Translations under genes and position numbers: made by a program
Notes under the pieces: generated by a model
Seen by the model: only the letters and a program-made list of their open reading frames with translations
What the model was told of the DNA's origin: nothing
Databases searched by the model: none
Shown: piece by piece, positions 36,442 to 48,174 of the stretch
Numbering within the stretch: position 1 is the first letter of the stretch
Layout: each line of letters opens with the position of its first letter
Source: Paraphysomonas bandaiensis
Lineage: Eukaryota; Protista; Chrysophyceae
Direction of reading: 5' to 3'
NCBI GenBank assembly: GCA_965644295.1
Contig: CBFFRP010000172.1
Coordinates: forward strand, 1 to 64,000
DNA: 64,000 nt

Positions 36442-38835
36442 CTACTTACATATTGACGTCAGTATTTTTACTACACTGACGAGTGTACACGGCTTTACTA
36501 TGACATCATTTGCCCCAGAAGCCATAAACCGGTCAATATCTTCAGGTGTTACATTTCCAGTCAGAAAAACTATCATTCCTTGGTACCCCAAGCCACGAAT
36601 ACACACAGTGGCATCTGTTCCACACATCTCAGGCATTGTAGCATCCATGAATATTAAATCAAAGGGAGACCCAGCTCCAATTGATTCCCGAACTTTCGAC
36701 ACTGCTACCATACCATTTTCTGCTTCTGATATTTGACCAACTCTTGGTTGTATCAAGCGTTTCAGCATTTTTCGATTTACAGCAGAGTCGTCAACTACGA
36801 GAACTCTAATATTGTTGGCAACACTAGGGATGGCTTCTACACTTTGTTCGTCAGTCTCATGGGACAACATTCTAGTGACTTGATCCTTCACAACTAATTC
36901 AGAAGCAGGCTTAGGAGCTACATCTAGTTCCACGTAAAACATCGATCCTTTTCCTGGCTCAGACTTGACCCCTATGCGCCCCCCATGCAGATCCACAATC
37001 TTTTTAGAAACTACAGTACACCGCACTTAGAAAACAGCAAACACTAATACAGATAACTTACTCCACAATCCTATACCAGACCCCCCACCATTCTGCAGCT
37101 GAGCAGCATCAAACTGAACGATTTCACCAAAAAGCTTCTGTTGGTTCGGCTGGCACATAGTTAATCAAATACGCACAGAAACAACTACAAGTTACCTTGG
37201 AGATTCCAACGCCGGTATCGTGGACCTCGATCCGTAGTGTGTCGAAGTCCTCAACATTATTAGAGGAAGATATATCTGTGGCTTTGTCCACACATGGCGG
37301 AGAAATCAACAAGCTCAAATTTGAATCTGTAGTTTGAACAGGTCCTGATATCTTATGTGTGAGATACGCATACACATCCACTTTGCCCTCCGCTGGAGTG
37401 AACTTCAGTGCATTAGAGATGAGGTTGCGAAGCACTTGACTGATCTTTCGATAATCAGCATTTACATGAATACCATTCTTCTTGAGAGCTGGATCGATAT
37501 GAGTCTCTCCAGCATGAGTATACGCGACTTGTTTCTGTCGAGCCTATACATATATTAGGCAGATACCATAAACTAGATTTAAATACACCTGCACACCAAA
37601 GGGGTCAGCTACATCTTGAATTAGATCGGCGGCAGGGATATACTCTCTTTCCAGTATAACATTACCAGCCTCCAGCTTATTGGCCATCAAGAATTCGTCC
37701 AGTATTTCAATGGCCACTCGACAGGAGATGTCAATATCATCGAGAATGCCTCTAACATCTGAATTGCCGCGAATCCCTCCGGAGTATTCTTTGGCCAGCA
37801 GCTGAATGCCCATATATACAGCGTTGAGAGGTGTGCGAATCTCGTGAGACATATAACTCACATAGTCTCGTTTGGACTTAATAATGTGCTGACAGAATAC
37901 AGTCAGGACATATATTACATTTACCATCATACAATACATACCTCGGCAATTGTCTTGTCGTGCCTTGCCTGCCTCCCTGGGATGGTTGTCGCAAGAATGC
38001 AAATGAAAACGTCAACTAATCCAGATGCGGACAAATCATTGGTCACAAGCAGAGAGATATACTTCAGCACAATATTGAGAGTGAAAAGTGCAGGGTAGAA
38101 AGTAGCATACGCAGCATCTGATTTTGCAGTTGGGGGAGATTTCATCATCTTGTGCCAACGAAGCATCACAATGCCACCGACAATTATAGCCGTGGCAATG
38201 GATATCGCGCGACCAATGGTATTCCACGAGTATGTCACTATATCAGGTCGAAATGGTCTCCATAAAAAAGTTTGCAATCCAAACATGGTCATCGCCCACA
38301 CAGTACCCACAACTACAACAGTTTTCCACGAACAATTATCATACAATAGAAAACTCAATAACGTCCCTCGTAGTAACGTTTCGCGTGTGCACATTCCAAT
38401 AAAAGCAAACGATGTAGCACTCGAATCGTTTCCTATCAAATATGCAATATACGTCATCATCCCAGGTAATGATAGGGATATCACAATCAAGTATCGTGGA
38501 AGCGTATGTCTTAATGGCATTCGAAAATCTAATAAAGTATCGAGAGTCATCGGCAGTGATGTAAAAAATGTAGCAATAAGAGAAGCGTAGAGCAATTGTC
38601 CATTACTGACTTGAATAGCGTCAAACAATTGAGCCTCTGAATATTCTTGATGCATTAATATGGGTAAGAAAACCAATAGAGTTGATATGATTGTTAATAA
38701 TATGCATATCTCACGAGGATATAATCCAAATAAACGATATCGTCGACGTTTCATTGGGAAACAGTTGAATTTGTCCAAGTAATGAGGAGTGTTTCTCACC
38801 ATATGAGGCGCAGTCTCCACTGCAACTATGGACAT
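36442..38835 (-). CDS. Hybrid sensor histidine kinase (multi-TM sensor, HisKA, HATPase_c, receiver); multi-exon
   Basis: About 7-8 TM segments; H-box MSHEIRTPLN; N-box LRNLISNALKFT; G1 VHDTGVGI; G2 GGGSGIGLW; receiver VLVVDDS...DLIFMD...FLTG...VKP. Confidence 0.93.
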
Positions 38836-39369
38836 ATATATATACTGCCTTCAATGGAACAGAAATTGAGAATAGAGGTGTAGCATTGTATATCTGCAGC
38901 AGTGTACATGCATGTAGGGTATGGTGTCCATCAGTCGCTTGCACAGACATGAACATACCCTGCTGCTGCTGTTCTGTATGTGCTGCTGTATCTCTTGTAA
39001 CGTCGTATGAGAGGGAAAACTCAAGGGCAAACTACGGCTGTATATATTATAAATACATGTCCATTTGTCCACCTACAACATACACTATATATACAGTTCT
39101 ATATACACATGCAGCACAGTCAATCCATCTCCCAGAGTATATAGAAATGTGGGTACCTATTTTTTGCAGTAGGAATTCCTAGTGGGCTGGGTGTATGTAC
39201 ACCACCTATACGCACGTACAGTACCTATCCAGCAGTATACAGCAGCAGACTCTGGACATGTGACACATGGGCATCATTACATAACCCACAGCATACTGTG
39301 ATTATGCATTCAATTGTGGGCCACCAGCGCAATTGTTAATTCTGTACAGGTGTTGATTGTAGTATCAAT

Positions 39370-40629
39370 ATGAGCGGGCCTGTATGTGGTTCTTTCCATT
39401 TAAATCTGATATATATCAATGTTGTGCTGTACGCACTGTGCTTCCAGCTACAGCGACCTGTTGAGCCTTTCATGGTGGAGCAACTTGGAATTAACAGTGA
39501 CTCTTCTGGAGAATATGCAAGACTGCAGTCATTTTTTTCTATAATGCAGATGATGGGTTCACTTTGCTTTGGAATATTGCTTGATCGCTTGGGATCCAAA
39601 GGAGGATTTATATTGTCGTTTGTTGCCTCTGCTTTGTGCTATACTTTGATAGCTCATGCTGACTCGATATTCATGCTTTATATGTCCAAAATTCCTACTA
39701 TATTTCAAGGGGGGTTTTTGTGTGCTCAAGCGGCTGTGGCTGAATTCACTCCTGACGGTGAAGAACGTGTGCGCGCACTTGGGCGACTGACAGTTGCCTA
39801 CACAGTGGGGTCAGTTATAGGTCCAGCATTGGGAGGGTACTTGGGTTCTGCTGGAAATTATTATATCGGTGCTAATGTTGCTGTTGCGGGGTCCTTGCTT
39901 TCGATTTTGCTCTGTCTCCTCATGCCAACATCCAGCGCCGAACAGCGTAATGATGATAGCAAGCCGGAGACAGGATCTCGCAGCAACTTCGATGGTATTA
40001 TGGGCGTTGTCAAGAGTGTATGGCCACTTCTATGCGCAAAAACAATTACATCAGTTGGGAATTCCATGGCAGCAGCTACCCTACCTCTGGTGTTGAAGAA
40101 CACTTACGGCTTCAATGAACAAGGGCTTGGGACATCTATGTCTGTTATATCAGGGTTCAATGCTCTTGTGAACGGTGTATTACTGGCCCCAATAGTTGCA
40201 TTTCATGGGGGAGGTTTGGTTAGGGTGATTCGTAATTGCTTGATTGGGATGACACTTCTTTACCTGCTACAGTTTATTGTTGTGGGAGCTATATTAGATG
40301 GCATGCCTCTCATTCTATCTGGTGCCTATCCTTTCCTAGTAACTTGTGTGTTTCTAAGTATGCATCAGTACGTACTATCTACTGTTATTACTGCTGAGTC
40401 TACTGCATTGGTTGATGAAAGTGCCAAAGGTACACTTCTTGGGCTGGAGCACTCCTTATTCGCTGCAGCTAGAATTGTGTCGCCCCAACTAGGTGTGTTA
40501 ATTTTACAGGCAGCAGGTATTCAAGGTGTTAGTGGGGCTTGTTGTGGTGTCTTTTTTTCTGTATACATCGGGTGGACGTTGACACATATTCCTGAAACGT
40601 CTTGCAAAGGAGAAAAGAAAGAACATTAG
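39370..40629 (+). CDS. MFS transporter (DHA1/SLC22A18/TetA-like)
   Basis: 419 aa, ~12 TM; motif A GILLDRLGSK; motif C GSVIGPALGG. Confidence 0.92.
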   Translation: MSGPVCGSFHLNLIYINVVLYALCFQLQRPVEPFMVEQLGINSDSSGEYARLQSFFSIMQMMGSLCFGILLDRLGSKGGFILSFVASALCYTLIAHADSIFMLYMSKIPTIFQGGFLCAQAAVAEFTPDGEERVRALGRLTVAYTVGSVIGPALGGYLGSAGNYYIGANVAVAGSLLSILLCLLMPTSSAEQRNDDSKPETGSRSNFDGIMGVVKSVWPLLCAKTITSVGNSMAAATLPLVLKNTYGFNEQGLGTSMSVISGFNALVNGVLLAPIVAFHGGGLVRVIRNCLIGMTLLYLLQFIVVGAILDGMPLILSGAYPFLVTCVFLSMHQYVLSTVITAESTALVDESAKGTLLGLEHSLFAAARIVSPQLGVLILQAAGIQGVSGACCGVFFSVYIGWTLTHIPETSCKGEKKEH

Positions 40630-40925
40630 GGTTAGATATACGGGTAAATTATTTCGGGAAATACATCATTGCAATTGTTGTGCATGAGGTAGTATAACTC
40701 ATGTACATTAGCTTTGACGAATATAACTCCTGGTGCATAATACAGACGGGAATTAGGCCTATGTTGAGGTGGTAGTGCATAATATTTTTGAAATAAATAA
40801 TCGTCGCATTTTTTTCTGGAACCAAACTAACGACTACTATAGGTCAGAAAATTACGAAAACTAGCACGCTGCCTATACTCTGTGTGTTTGGGCATATCGA
40901 AGTTGCATAACACATACATCTACCT

Positions 40926-41915
40926 CAGGGATAGGGAACAATATATTGCAATACTATTGTTAGATAGCGACGCTATCGTTCTTAGTTTACAAGAACATAT
41001 ATAGCGTTCCGCCAATAGTATTGATGGAGTTTTTTAAACCGGCCCAACAATTGTAGTGCTATTAAACATTAATCAGAAAAGCACAAGTCATTAAGATTTA
41101 AAATCGCATGACAATCACACCCACTGTTGGAAATTGCTCATTCTTAAGTAGATCTCAGAGAGAATTTGTCGTTAGACTAGATAGATGTACTAATATCGTT
41201 TATACGAAGTTGTGATAAACAACACAAACTCATTTTGTTCCATGCATAATCTCCTACATATGTGAACCTCTCGTTACTAAACATATCTTGAAAGATCAAA
41301 CTATAGGGAACATTGTCTTCAAGTGACATACTGAATATACTAGAATAAGATCCATATTTTAATACCCACTACTGCTTAGCTAAAAACTATTTTCCTCATA
41401 CTCATCCTGAGTCATCATCCTCGGTGACGTCAACATCACAATATTCATTCAAAATAATTTGAAATATTCTTGCATCGATTAGTTTTCAGAAACAGCATAT
41501 TTAGTATTTAGTGTAGTAAGATGCATACGTTTGCGCAACGCTGATACAATAAGTTTAGCTGCGCTGAACAGGACGTTCACATGTGTTAGATGTACATACT
41601 ACACCACCCTTGCGCCTGTACTTAGATATTTCAACTTTCGTTTCTTAATTTTTGAGCTGACTGAAGAAATTTTTCCGCATAGCCAACATCAGCTTTATCA
41701 CCCTCTGTATTGTTGCAATCACTGTCAGAACATGGATTTATGTTTATATACATGGACTTATATTTTGCACCCTACAGTTAAGAAGCTCTCGATATATATA
41801 TAGATTGCAATATATTGTGAGCTACTTTAACAGAAACAATATTGATGGAATTTTTGGTTGGCCCACCAATCAATATAATTTACAATATATTGCAATATAT
41901 GGTTCCCTATCCCTG
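40926..41915. mobile_element. hAT non-autonomous element family 1, complete diverged copy (990 bp)
   Basis: TIR CAGGGATAGGGAACAATATATTG ... CAATATATGGTTCCCTATCCCTG; TSD ATCTACCT/ATCTTCCT (7/8); internal homology to the 22184 copy. Confidence 0.92.
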
Positions 41916-42803
41916 ATCTTCCTCACTGCATAATTTAATATCAAATGTACAGTGTGGCAAAACTCCTGCTGTAACATTTAAAATAGCCGATATCATCAAT
42001 TGTATATTTTCTGCAAGGACTTCTATACAGCAGTTTCATTGTATTTTTATACACACGCCTTGTGCGGTCAACGACACCCCATAGATGTACATTCTGTGAG
42101 TCTGTCAGAATTGTGGCACACAAAGTCATTATATCAGACCGCAAATGATGCAATCTGATTCTGTCAAATGGTGCTCCAGTCTGTACCGTGACGACTTCTA
42201 GCAGGTACTCTCTGTGTGCCTTTACACTTAATATAAGACAACATTATTCCAAGTTATTTCAACAAGCGCGAAATATGTGTACTATCGTAGCTATTACGCA
42301 CATCATAGCAGCTTTTATGTTTTTATGTAGTATGGGTGACTTCCAAAACCTCAAGGTAAGCGAGAACAGAAACTGTGGAATTGCTTGAACTATACGCCCA
42401 CCTACCTGCACCATCACGCTCTCTGCTTGTTCATTCCAACCGCTCAGCTCCTGCTCAGCTCCTATTGAATTGTATCCAATCATATATAAATAGTTGGTGC
42501 ATAAGCTGCGAAGTGTTAGAGGATGGTATACAGGTGTATACGACGTATAAACGCTGTCATTAACATATCGTCGATATCAATCATATGGAAGAATGGATCT
42601 TATGCATATCTTGTGTATGGCTGTGCATTTGAAGACAAAGACAGTGAGTGATAGTACGTCAATATTGAGAGAAGTGAGAGGATGTTCTTCTGATGTATAA
42701 GATGTTTGTTTGTATATGAACCATACAGTCATATGGTGTTATGGTCGTATAGTTCATTACATAATTAGTTTAACATTGTTACTCCTTTAGCATAAGTATC
42801 ATT

Positions 42804-43889
42804 ATGTTTTCATTGCAAATTATGATTGGCGCTGCTGAGAGAAAAGTATCTGAGTCTGCTTTGAGATATAGCGGTATGCTTTTGTTTGTAAGTGCGTTTA
42901 TTACTGTGGAAGGAGTGGTCAGATACATATCAAGCGATCCCGATACAAACTATGGGGAGATATCTGATGTTGAATATCGATCTATCATATCAGGACTGTG
43001 GGAAGTATTTTTTGGGTGTCTTGGAATGATTACTGGGTTTTTGGCATTGGCATTTGATTTTCACGCCCCTATGCTGACAGTATTCAGTTTGGTATTTCAA
43101 ATTCTCTGTGGAGCTGTGACCTTTGCGGTGTACACCATTGAAGTCCCTGTACACAACTTCCGGCAAAATCTCTCCCCACCTGTGTATCCTGAAGACAGTT
43201 TTAATCGAGATCAATTGCATTTGGCAGTGTCCTTTGGCTATATTCTTAGTGGTGCATCTATCTGTGCTGTCGTTCAAGGTTTCCAGATATTTTGCACGAT
43301 ATCACTCTTGATGCTGCAGACATCTCACAAGGAAATGTCTACATTCCATCTAACGACTTTTGGGTTGTGGAACTCTCTACTTTCATTGGCTCTAGGTGCA
43401 TCCATGTTGGTTTTAGGAGGTCTCATAGAGCAACAAGAGGGCAGCGATAGCTTCAATGGTGCCTACATATTCCCTCCCAATTTTGTGAAGAGTGTCCCCG
43501 AGCTTTTTGTGTCCGGGTCACTTGTGTGCTTATATGGGCTAGCTCTGGCATGTGGGGCTATAGGAGGACGAAGTTGCATTGGAGCTCCAACTACGTGTGG
43601 TATCCTCGCATGGGCCTGGCTTGTTACTGTTCATGTGTTGTCACAGATTGTACTGGTGGACCAGGGCCTCAGTGGGGCGGCGGCACAACTGGTAGGTTTA
43701 GTGACAGTTCTTATATTTGCTCCCTTGTTCGTACTAGAACAGCGTGATCGCCAAATCCGAGAAGAAATTGATCGCGCTGAACCCACACCTGAAAGACAGC
43801 TCAATAAACACCAAGACTCTCAGGCCCGGACGGAAGATGTTACAGAGGGAGTGAAGGCGTCTGAACTTAGTGTGATAACAGGGGCTTAG
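42804..43889 (+). CDS. Multi-pass membrane protein (~8 TM), unknown function
   Basis: 361-aa intronless ORF with eight hydrophobic segments and a charged C-tail. Confidence 0.82.
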   Translation: MFSLQIMIGAAERKVSESALRYSGMLLFVSAFITVEGVVRYISSDPDTNYGEISDVEYRSIISGLWEVFFGCLGMITGFLALAFDFHAPMLTVFSLVFQILCGAVTFAVYTIEVPVHNFRQNLSPPVYPEDSFNRDQLHLAVSFGYILSGASICAVVQGFQIFCTISLLMLQTSHKEMSTFHLTTFGLWNSLLSLALGASMLVLGGLIEQQEGSDSFNGAYIFPPNFVKSVPELFVSGSLVCLYGLALACGAIGGRSCIGAPTTCGILAWAWLVTVHVLSQIVLVDQGLSGAAAQLVGLVTVLIFAPLFVLEQRDRQIREEIDRAEPTPERQLNKHQDSQARTEDVTEGVKASELSVITGA

Positions 43890-44364
43890 TTGCCGTATAG
43901 ACACTTAATCTGGTGTTTGTTTTCATTCTTATAATATTTGTCGTCGATCGTTTTTCTCATTGTTATTCTTTCGAATGAATCGTGCCGTCTATATTTCGAT
44001 TTCGTTTGTAAAATAATATTATTCACGCTTTTTATCAAAGAACAGAAACATGTCTATTGCTCTATTGAAAATCTTTGACAGGCGTATTTTCTCTGGTACG
44101 ATAATTTTCTAGTACAGCCATGTGCATGCACTACTACACTCTATAGCCAGAAATACATATTATTCTGGTAGGTGACCGAGCCATATCTCATAAACAGAAG
44201 TACTGCCTAGCAAAACATCGTCGAGAGCCAAGAACAATCAATTTTTTACTGTAATGGCAATATGCATACGCTTGCTCAATGCGTCATAACTACATGAAAT
44301 ATGATTTAATACAAATATTATATAACATCCAACATTTGAGCTGTTTTAGCAACGTATGTATAGT

Positions 44365-45720
44365 TTATTGAATAACACAGCATCGGCAATGCGATGATTT
44401 CTCGTCCTCATCCAATGGAGAATCATCGTGCTCGTCTATCTTGCTGATAATTCTGTCGTCAGCCCCGCTGGGCGTCTTCTGGAGAGTAGAGGAAGGCTTG
44501 CGAGTTAATGAGTGCATAGGGGAGGCAACAGGGCTCCCGGGCGACAAGCTGCTACTCGAGGAGACCATGGAAGGCCTATGACCAGTCAAACCAAACATGC
44601 CGATGCTATTATCAGTCAGATGAGGGTATAGATCTTTCTCAAAAACCATCAGAGACTGCGCGAAATTAGGGCTGGGGGATATCTTTGGTCTCTTATTTTT
44701 AGTGAACTCAAAGGCCTCTCTAAGACTTAACCCACGGGACTGCATCAAGTAGGCAATCACAAGAGTAGCAGACCTAGACACCCCCATCCGGCAGTGAAAG
44801 AGCACCCGCACAGTACCAGACACAGTCGCAGTAAACCCAGTGTGCTGACTTTGCGGCGTGAGATCCTCAGCGACCTCTTCCTTAGCAGCATTCTCTTCCT
44901 GAATGCCCTCTCCAGTATTTTGCTGATCATCCATTGCATTGTTCTGTTTATGGCTTTCTTCGTCTGGGCTCTGCTCCTGGTTCTCCTGAACTCCTTCCTC
45001 TGACACATTCACGTGGTCGTCTTCCGGTTCCTTTCTAGCTTCATTCTCTTCATTTTCTTCATTAAACTCTTCAGAAATAGATTGAGTTGCTGTAATAGGT
45101 CCAGATAAGGATGCGCCAGGCATGATAAAGTCGGAGGCGTCAGAAGACGGGGTACCAACGGTGCGCCACGTAAATCCAGCATGAGGAGGTGTGGCGGTCG
45201 CCGTACTGTCATAACTACCGTAGCGGTTGTGGGGCGTCAACTCCCTGTCTACACTCGGAGCAGGAGTTCTAATACTACTTTCAGCGCCGTTATCTTCTGA
45301 AGGCGTTGGCTGTTGACTTTCATCGATATGGCGTACCTCAACAGTTTCAATCACAGAGCTACTATTCGCATCAGTGGATTCAGGAACACCATTTTCCTTC
45401 GGTCCCTCACCACTTGAAGAGCTTAAAAATTTATATACTGAATGAAAATGCGAATAAATATCGCTTTCGTCATCGTCCTCAATGTCAATATTCATGTACG
45501 ATATAGACTCAGGAAATTTATTCGGAATGGCTCCATTGGATGCATTGACAATATGTGTAATATTCAATAACTTCAATATATCCTGATCTACAGCAGTATG
45601 CATGTCAGATAGATATAAGTGATCGTCAATGATAGTGCTCACTGTATGACCATACAGCATATCGATGTGCATGCTACTGGGCCGCACAGATATTGATGGG
45701 TTTTCATCAAGAGATGACAT
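44365..45720 (-). CDS. Dual-specificity protein phosphatase with large acidic insert and CaaX tail
   Basis: IIDDHLYLS, NITHIVNAS, IEDDDESDI, P-loop HCRMGVSRS, AYLM, ISPSPNF; C-terminus CRCCVIQ; first ATG at 45720. Confidence 0.93.
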   Translation of the reverse strand: MSSLDENPSISVRPSSMHIDMLYGHTVSTIIDDHLYLSDMHTAVDQDILKLLNITHIVNASNGAIPNKFPESISYMNIDIEDDDESDIYSHFHSVYKFLSSSSGEGPKENGVPESTDANSSSVIETVEVRHIDESQQPTPSEDNGAESSIRTPAPSVDRELTPHNRYGSYDSTATATPPHAGFTWRTVGTPSSDASDFIMPGASLSGPITATQSISEEFNEENEENEARKEPEDDHVNVSEEGVQENQEQSPDEESHKQNNAMDDQQNTGEGIQEENAAKEEVAEDLTPQSQHTGFTATVSGTVRVLFHCRMGVSRSATLVIAYLMQSRGLSLREAFEFTKNKRPKISPSPNFAQSLMVFEKDLYPHLTDNSIGMFGLTGHRPSMVSSSSSLSPGSPVASPMHSLTRKPSSTLQKTPSGADDRIISKIDEHDDSPLDEDEKSSHCRCCVIQ

Positions 45721-46131
45721 TGGACGATAGTCTATCACGCTATTGACAACAAAGCGCTACAATGTTGATTTGGAGTAATGCAGCAGTCTGACTTCTTGTC
45801 TTGTCGTATATATACATCTGCACTTGTATTTGAACTGCTCTGAATCATATCTATAGCATACCGCATACTCCATACCACATATTCATACACCAGAGTGCAG
45901 TGGGTATACCGGTATACCGCCGTATACAACATATGGTCACTTCATACCTATACCTCTGTACTCTTCACAATACAGTACTGTATTCCAATATTTTTACAAG
46001 CAACTTCTGCATACTCTGCTGTACCTCAACCCAAACCACAGAGTGAATCAGATGACACTTACATATCACTCCAGCACTCAGTAAACCACCTCTTGGTAGC
46101 CTTCCAAGCTATTTGTTACCCATCAGTTGAC

Positions 46132-46784
46132 ATGCCAAAGTTGTATTTCAGACATGGCGCTGTGTCGAGTGCGAAAACACTGAATTTACTTGCAGTGGCT
46201 CATAACTACAGATCACAGGGGAAACACTGCATACTAATGAAACCTGAAGTAGATAGTAGATTTGGCAGAGAAAAAGTAAAGTCACGGGCAGGTTTAGAAC
46301 AAGAGGCAGATGTGTTAATAAAGAGTTCTACGAATTTGCTCTCCCTTTCGAAGGGAGTGAGTAACATCCACTGTGTTCTTGTCGATGAGTGCCAGTTCTT
46401 GCAACCCAAGCACGTAGATCAGCTAAGAGAGATAACTTTGGTTTGGAATGTTCCTGTTATTTGCTATGGCTTGCGCACGGACTTTAGAACTCATTTATTT
46501 CCTGCCAGCAGACGGTAAGATGTCTACACTTCATCTTCTTGCTAATTACGTTTACTCATTGACCTAGTTTATTCGAGTTAGCCGATTGTATCGAAGAAGT
46601 CAAAACAACGTGTCATTTTTGTAACTCAAAGGCTGTTTTTAATTTAAAACACGTTAATGGACGGGCAGACGTTAGCGGCCCTGTAGTTCAACTCGGTGCA
46701 GAAGAAAAGTACTTCCCTACCTGCCACGTCTGCTACCGTAGGAACCTAATGGATGCTGGAGAAACTCTTCCAGAAGCTAAATAG
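46132..46784 (+). CDS. tdk: Thymidine kinase (TK1/bacterial-type); 2 exons
   Basis: MPKLYFRHGAVSSAKT, VLVDECQFL, PVICYGLRTDF; intron ~46515-46567; then LFELADCIEEVKTTCHFC...KYFPTCHVC (Zn site), stop at 46784. Confidence 0.93.
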
Positions 46785-47260
46785 TTACTTATATTACTAC
46801 AATCATATATAATTAATTTGAAATTTGTAAGTATTTTGTTTTCAACATCAATAGAATTTTTTTGAGATATACATAGCTATGTTTCATTCTGACACTATAC
46901 TCTGAGCATAATATATAAGGACGCTATATAATATATAACCTGCTGTAAATTCATGACATGGCATTGGCATTATGTATTAGTTATGTATCTTAGTAGAAAT
47001 AGATGTGTTAAGCTTTGCAGTATATATCAAAGTAGCTGTCCAGATTCTAATGTGAACGGTAGTACTTACGTACTTACAGAGCACAATACACAATACTGTA
47101 AAGTACGTATATTACATGCTGTATATTGCATGTTGTAGTTAGGACTAAAAATGAGTTAAAACTGAAATAATAGAGTATAATAATCGTATACAATTCAATA
47201 TATAAGAATATTAGGGCACACCTGTGTTGTGTCTGTCCAAGATCTATATATTGAAAGTCT

Positions 47261-47930
47261 TATTATTTAGCAATAGGCGTTAAGAACCTGCACCAATGTA
47301 GTGGCTAGTTGAATGCTAGACATACTACTTAGACCGCTACCCATAACTAATCAGCACAAATTCTATTTTCCTACTATTTAGCGCTACAGAATCTGCTTGT
47401 GCGTCGCCGCAAGCACCAAGATGCGACCACTTCCGTTCTTAATGATGATTGTGAGTTTCCTCGGACTCACTGGCGCGTGGTATCAGGGGATCTCCACTTG
47501 GGATGAGATTCTACCAGGCTCCGAGGTACGGGGTTCTGTATTAAGGTCCTGAGTGTACCGAGTGCTAGATGTGTGTGCTGAGAGGTGGGTGGAGAGGTGT
47601 AATGTGGCGTTGTCTCATTGCACCTTTTGGGCCTCAGGCATAGGTAGAGTTGGCGGAGACGGCGTCGTTGTCGAGGGCCTGAAGATTTTGTTCGGGCCGG
47701 TGATGTGTTCCTGTGTGTATGAGTGGTGGGGTTCGTGTGGGCGTGCAGTTGTGATGGTGCCTGTCTAGAACCTCTCCACCTGCGGGAAGGAGGGGTTCCA
47801 GGCCCTGTCCAAGATCTAGCGAATACATATGGCGTTGACATGATGATCGGTTATGAGATGAACATAGATGACAATGATAAATATAACCCTTTAATATTGT
47901 TACAGAGAGTTTAACGAGGTTGCACACCTA
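47261..47930. repeat. Unclassified dispersed repeat family 3 (possible degenerate retroelement end)
   Basis: TTAGCAATAGGCGTT and CTACTATTTAGCGCTAC...TGCTTGTGCGTCGCCGCAAGCACCAAGATGCGACCACTTCCGTTCT recur in diverged form at 51646-51791; the first motif is also at ~35318. The right boundary is uncertain. Confidence 0.6.
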
Positions 47931-48174
47931 AAGTTATGTCAAATTCGAACAAAGTGGTCTCGTTATACCTATTCAATGCTAATTCTGACCAGTTGCGAGA
48001 GCACCAAAACGCTTCAATAGTACCATACTAGTAGTAACATAGTAACTAACACCAAATGAATTATTACTAATAAATTTAACATATAATTCATCGTGCACAG
48101 AAAGTCATCGAAATGCAATCGACTGCGCCACGGACACAGCACGAACCGCTCATGCGCCTCAAAATAAATCAAAA

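Noticed and set aside
37950-38700. Histidine-kinase rhodopsin
   Set aside because: No retinal-binding DxxxK motif or helix-C RYxxW motif is recognisable.
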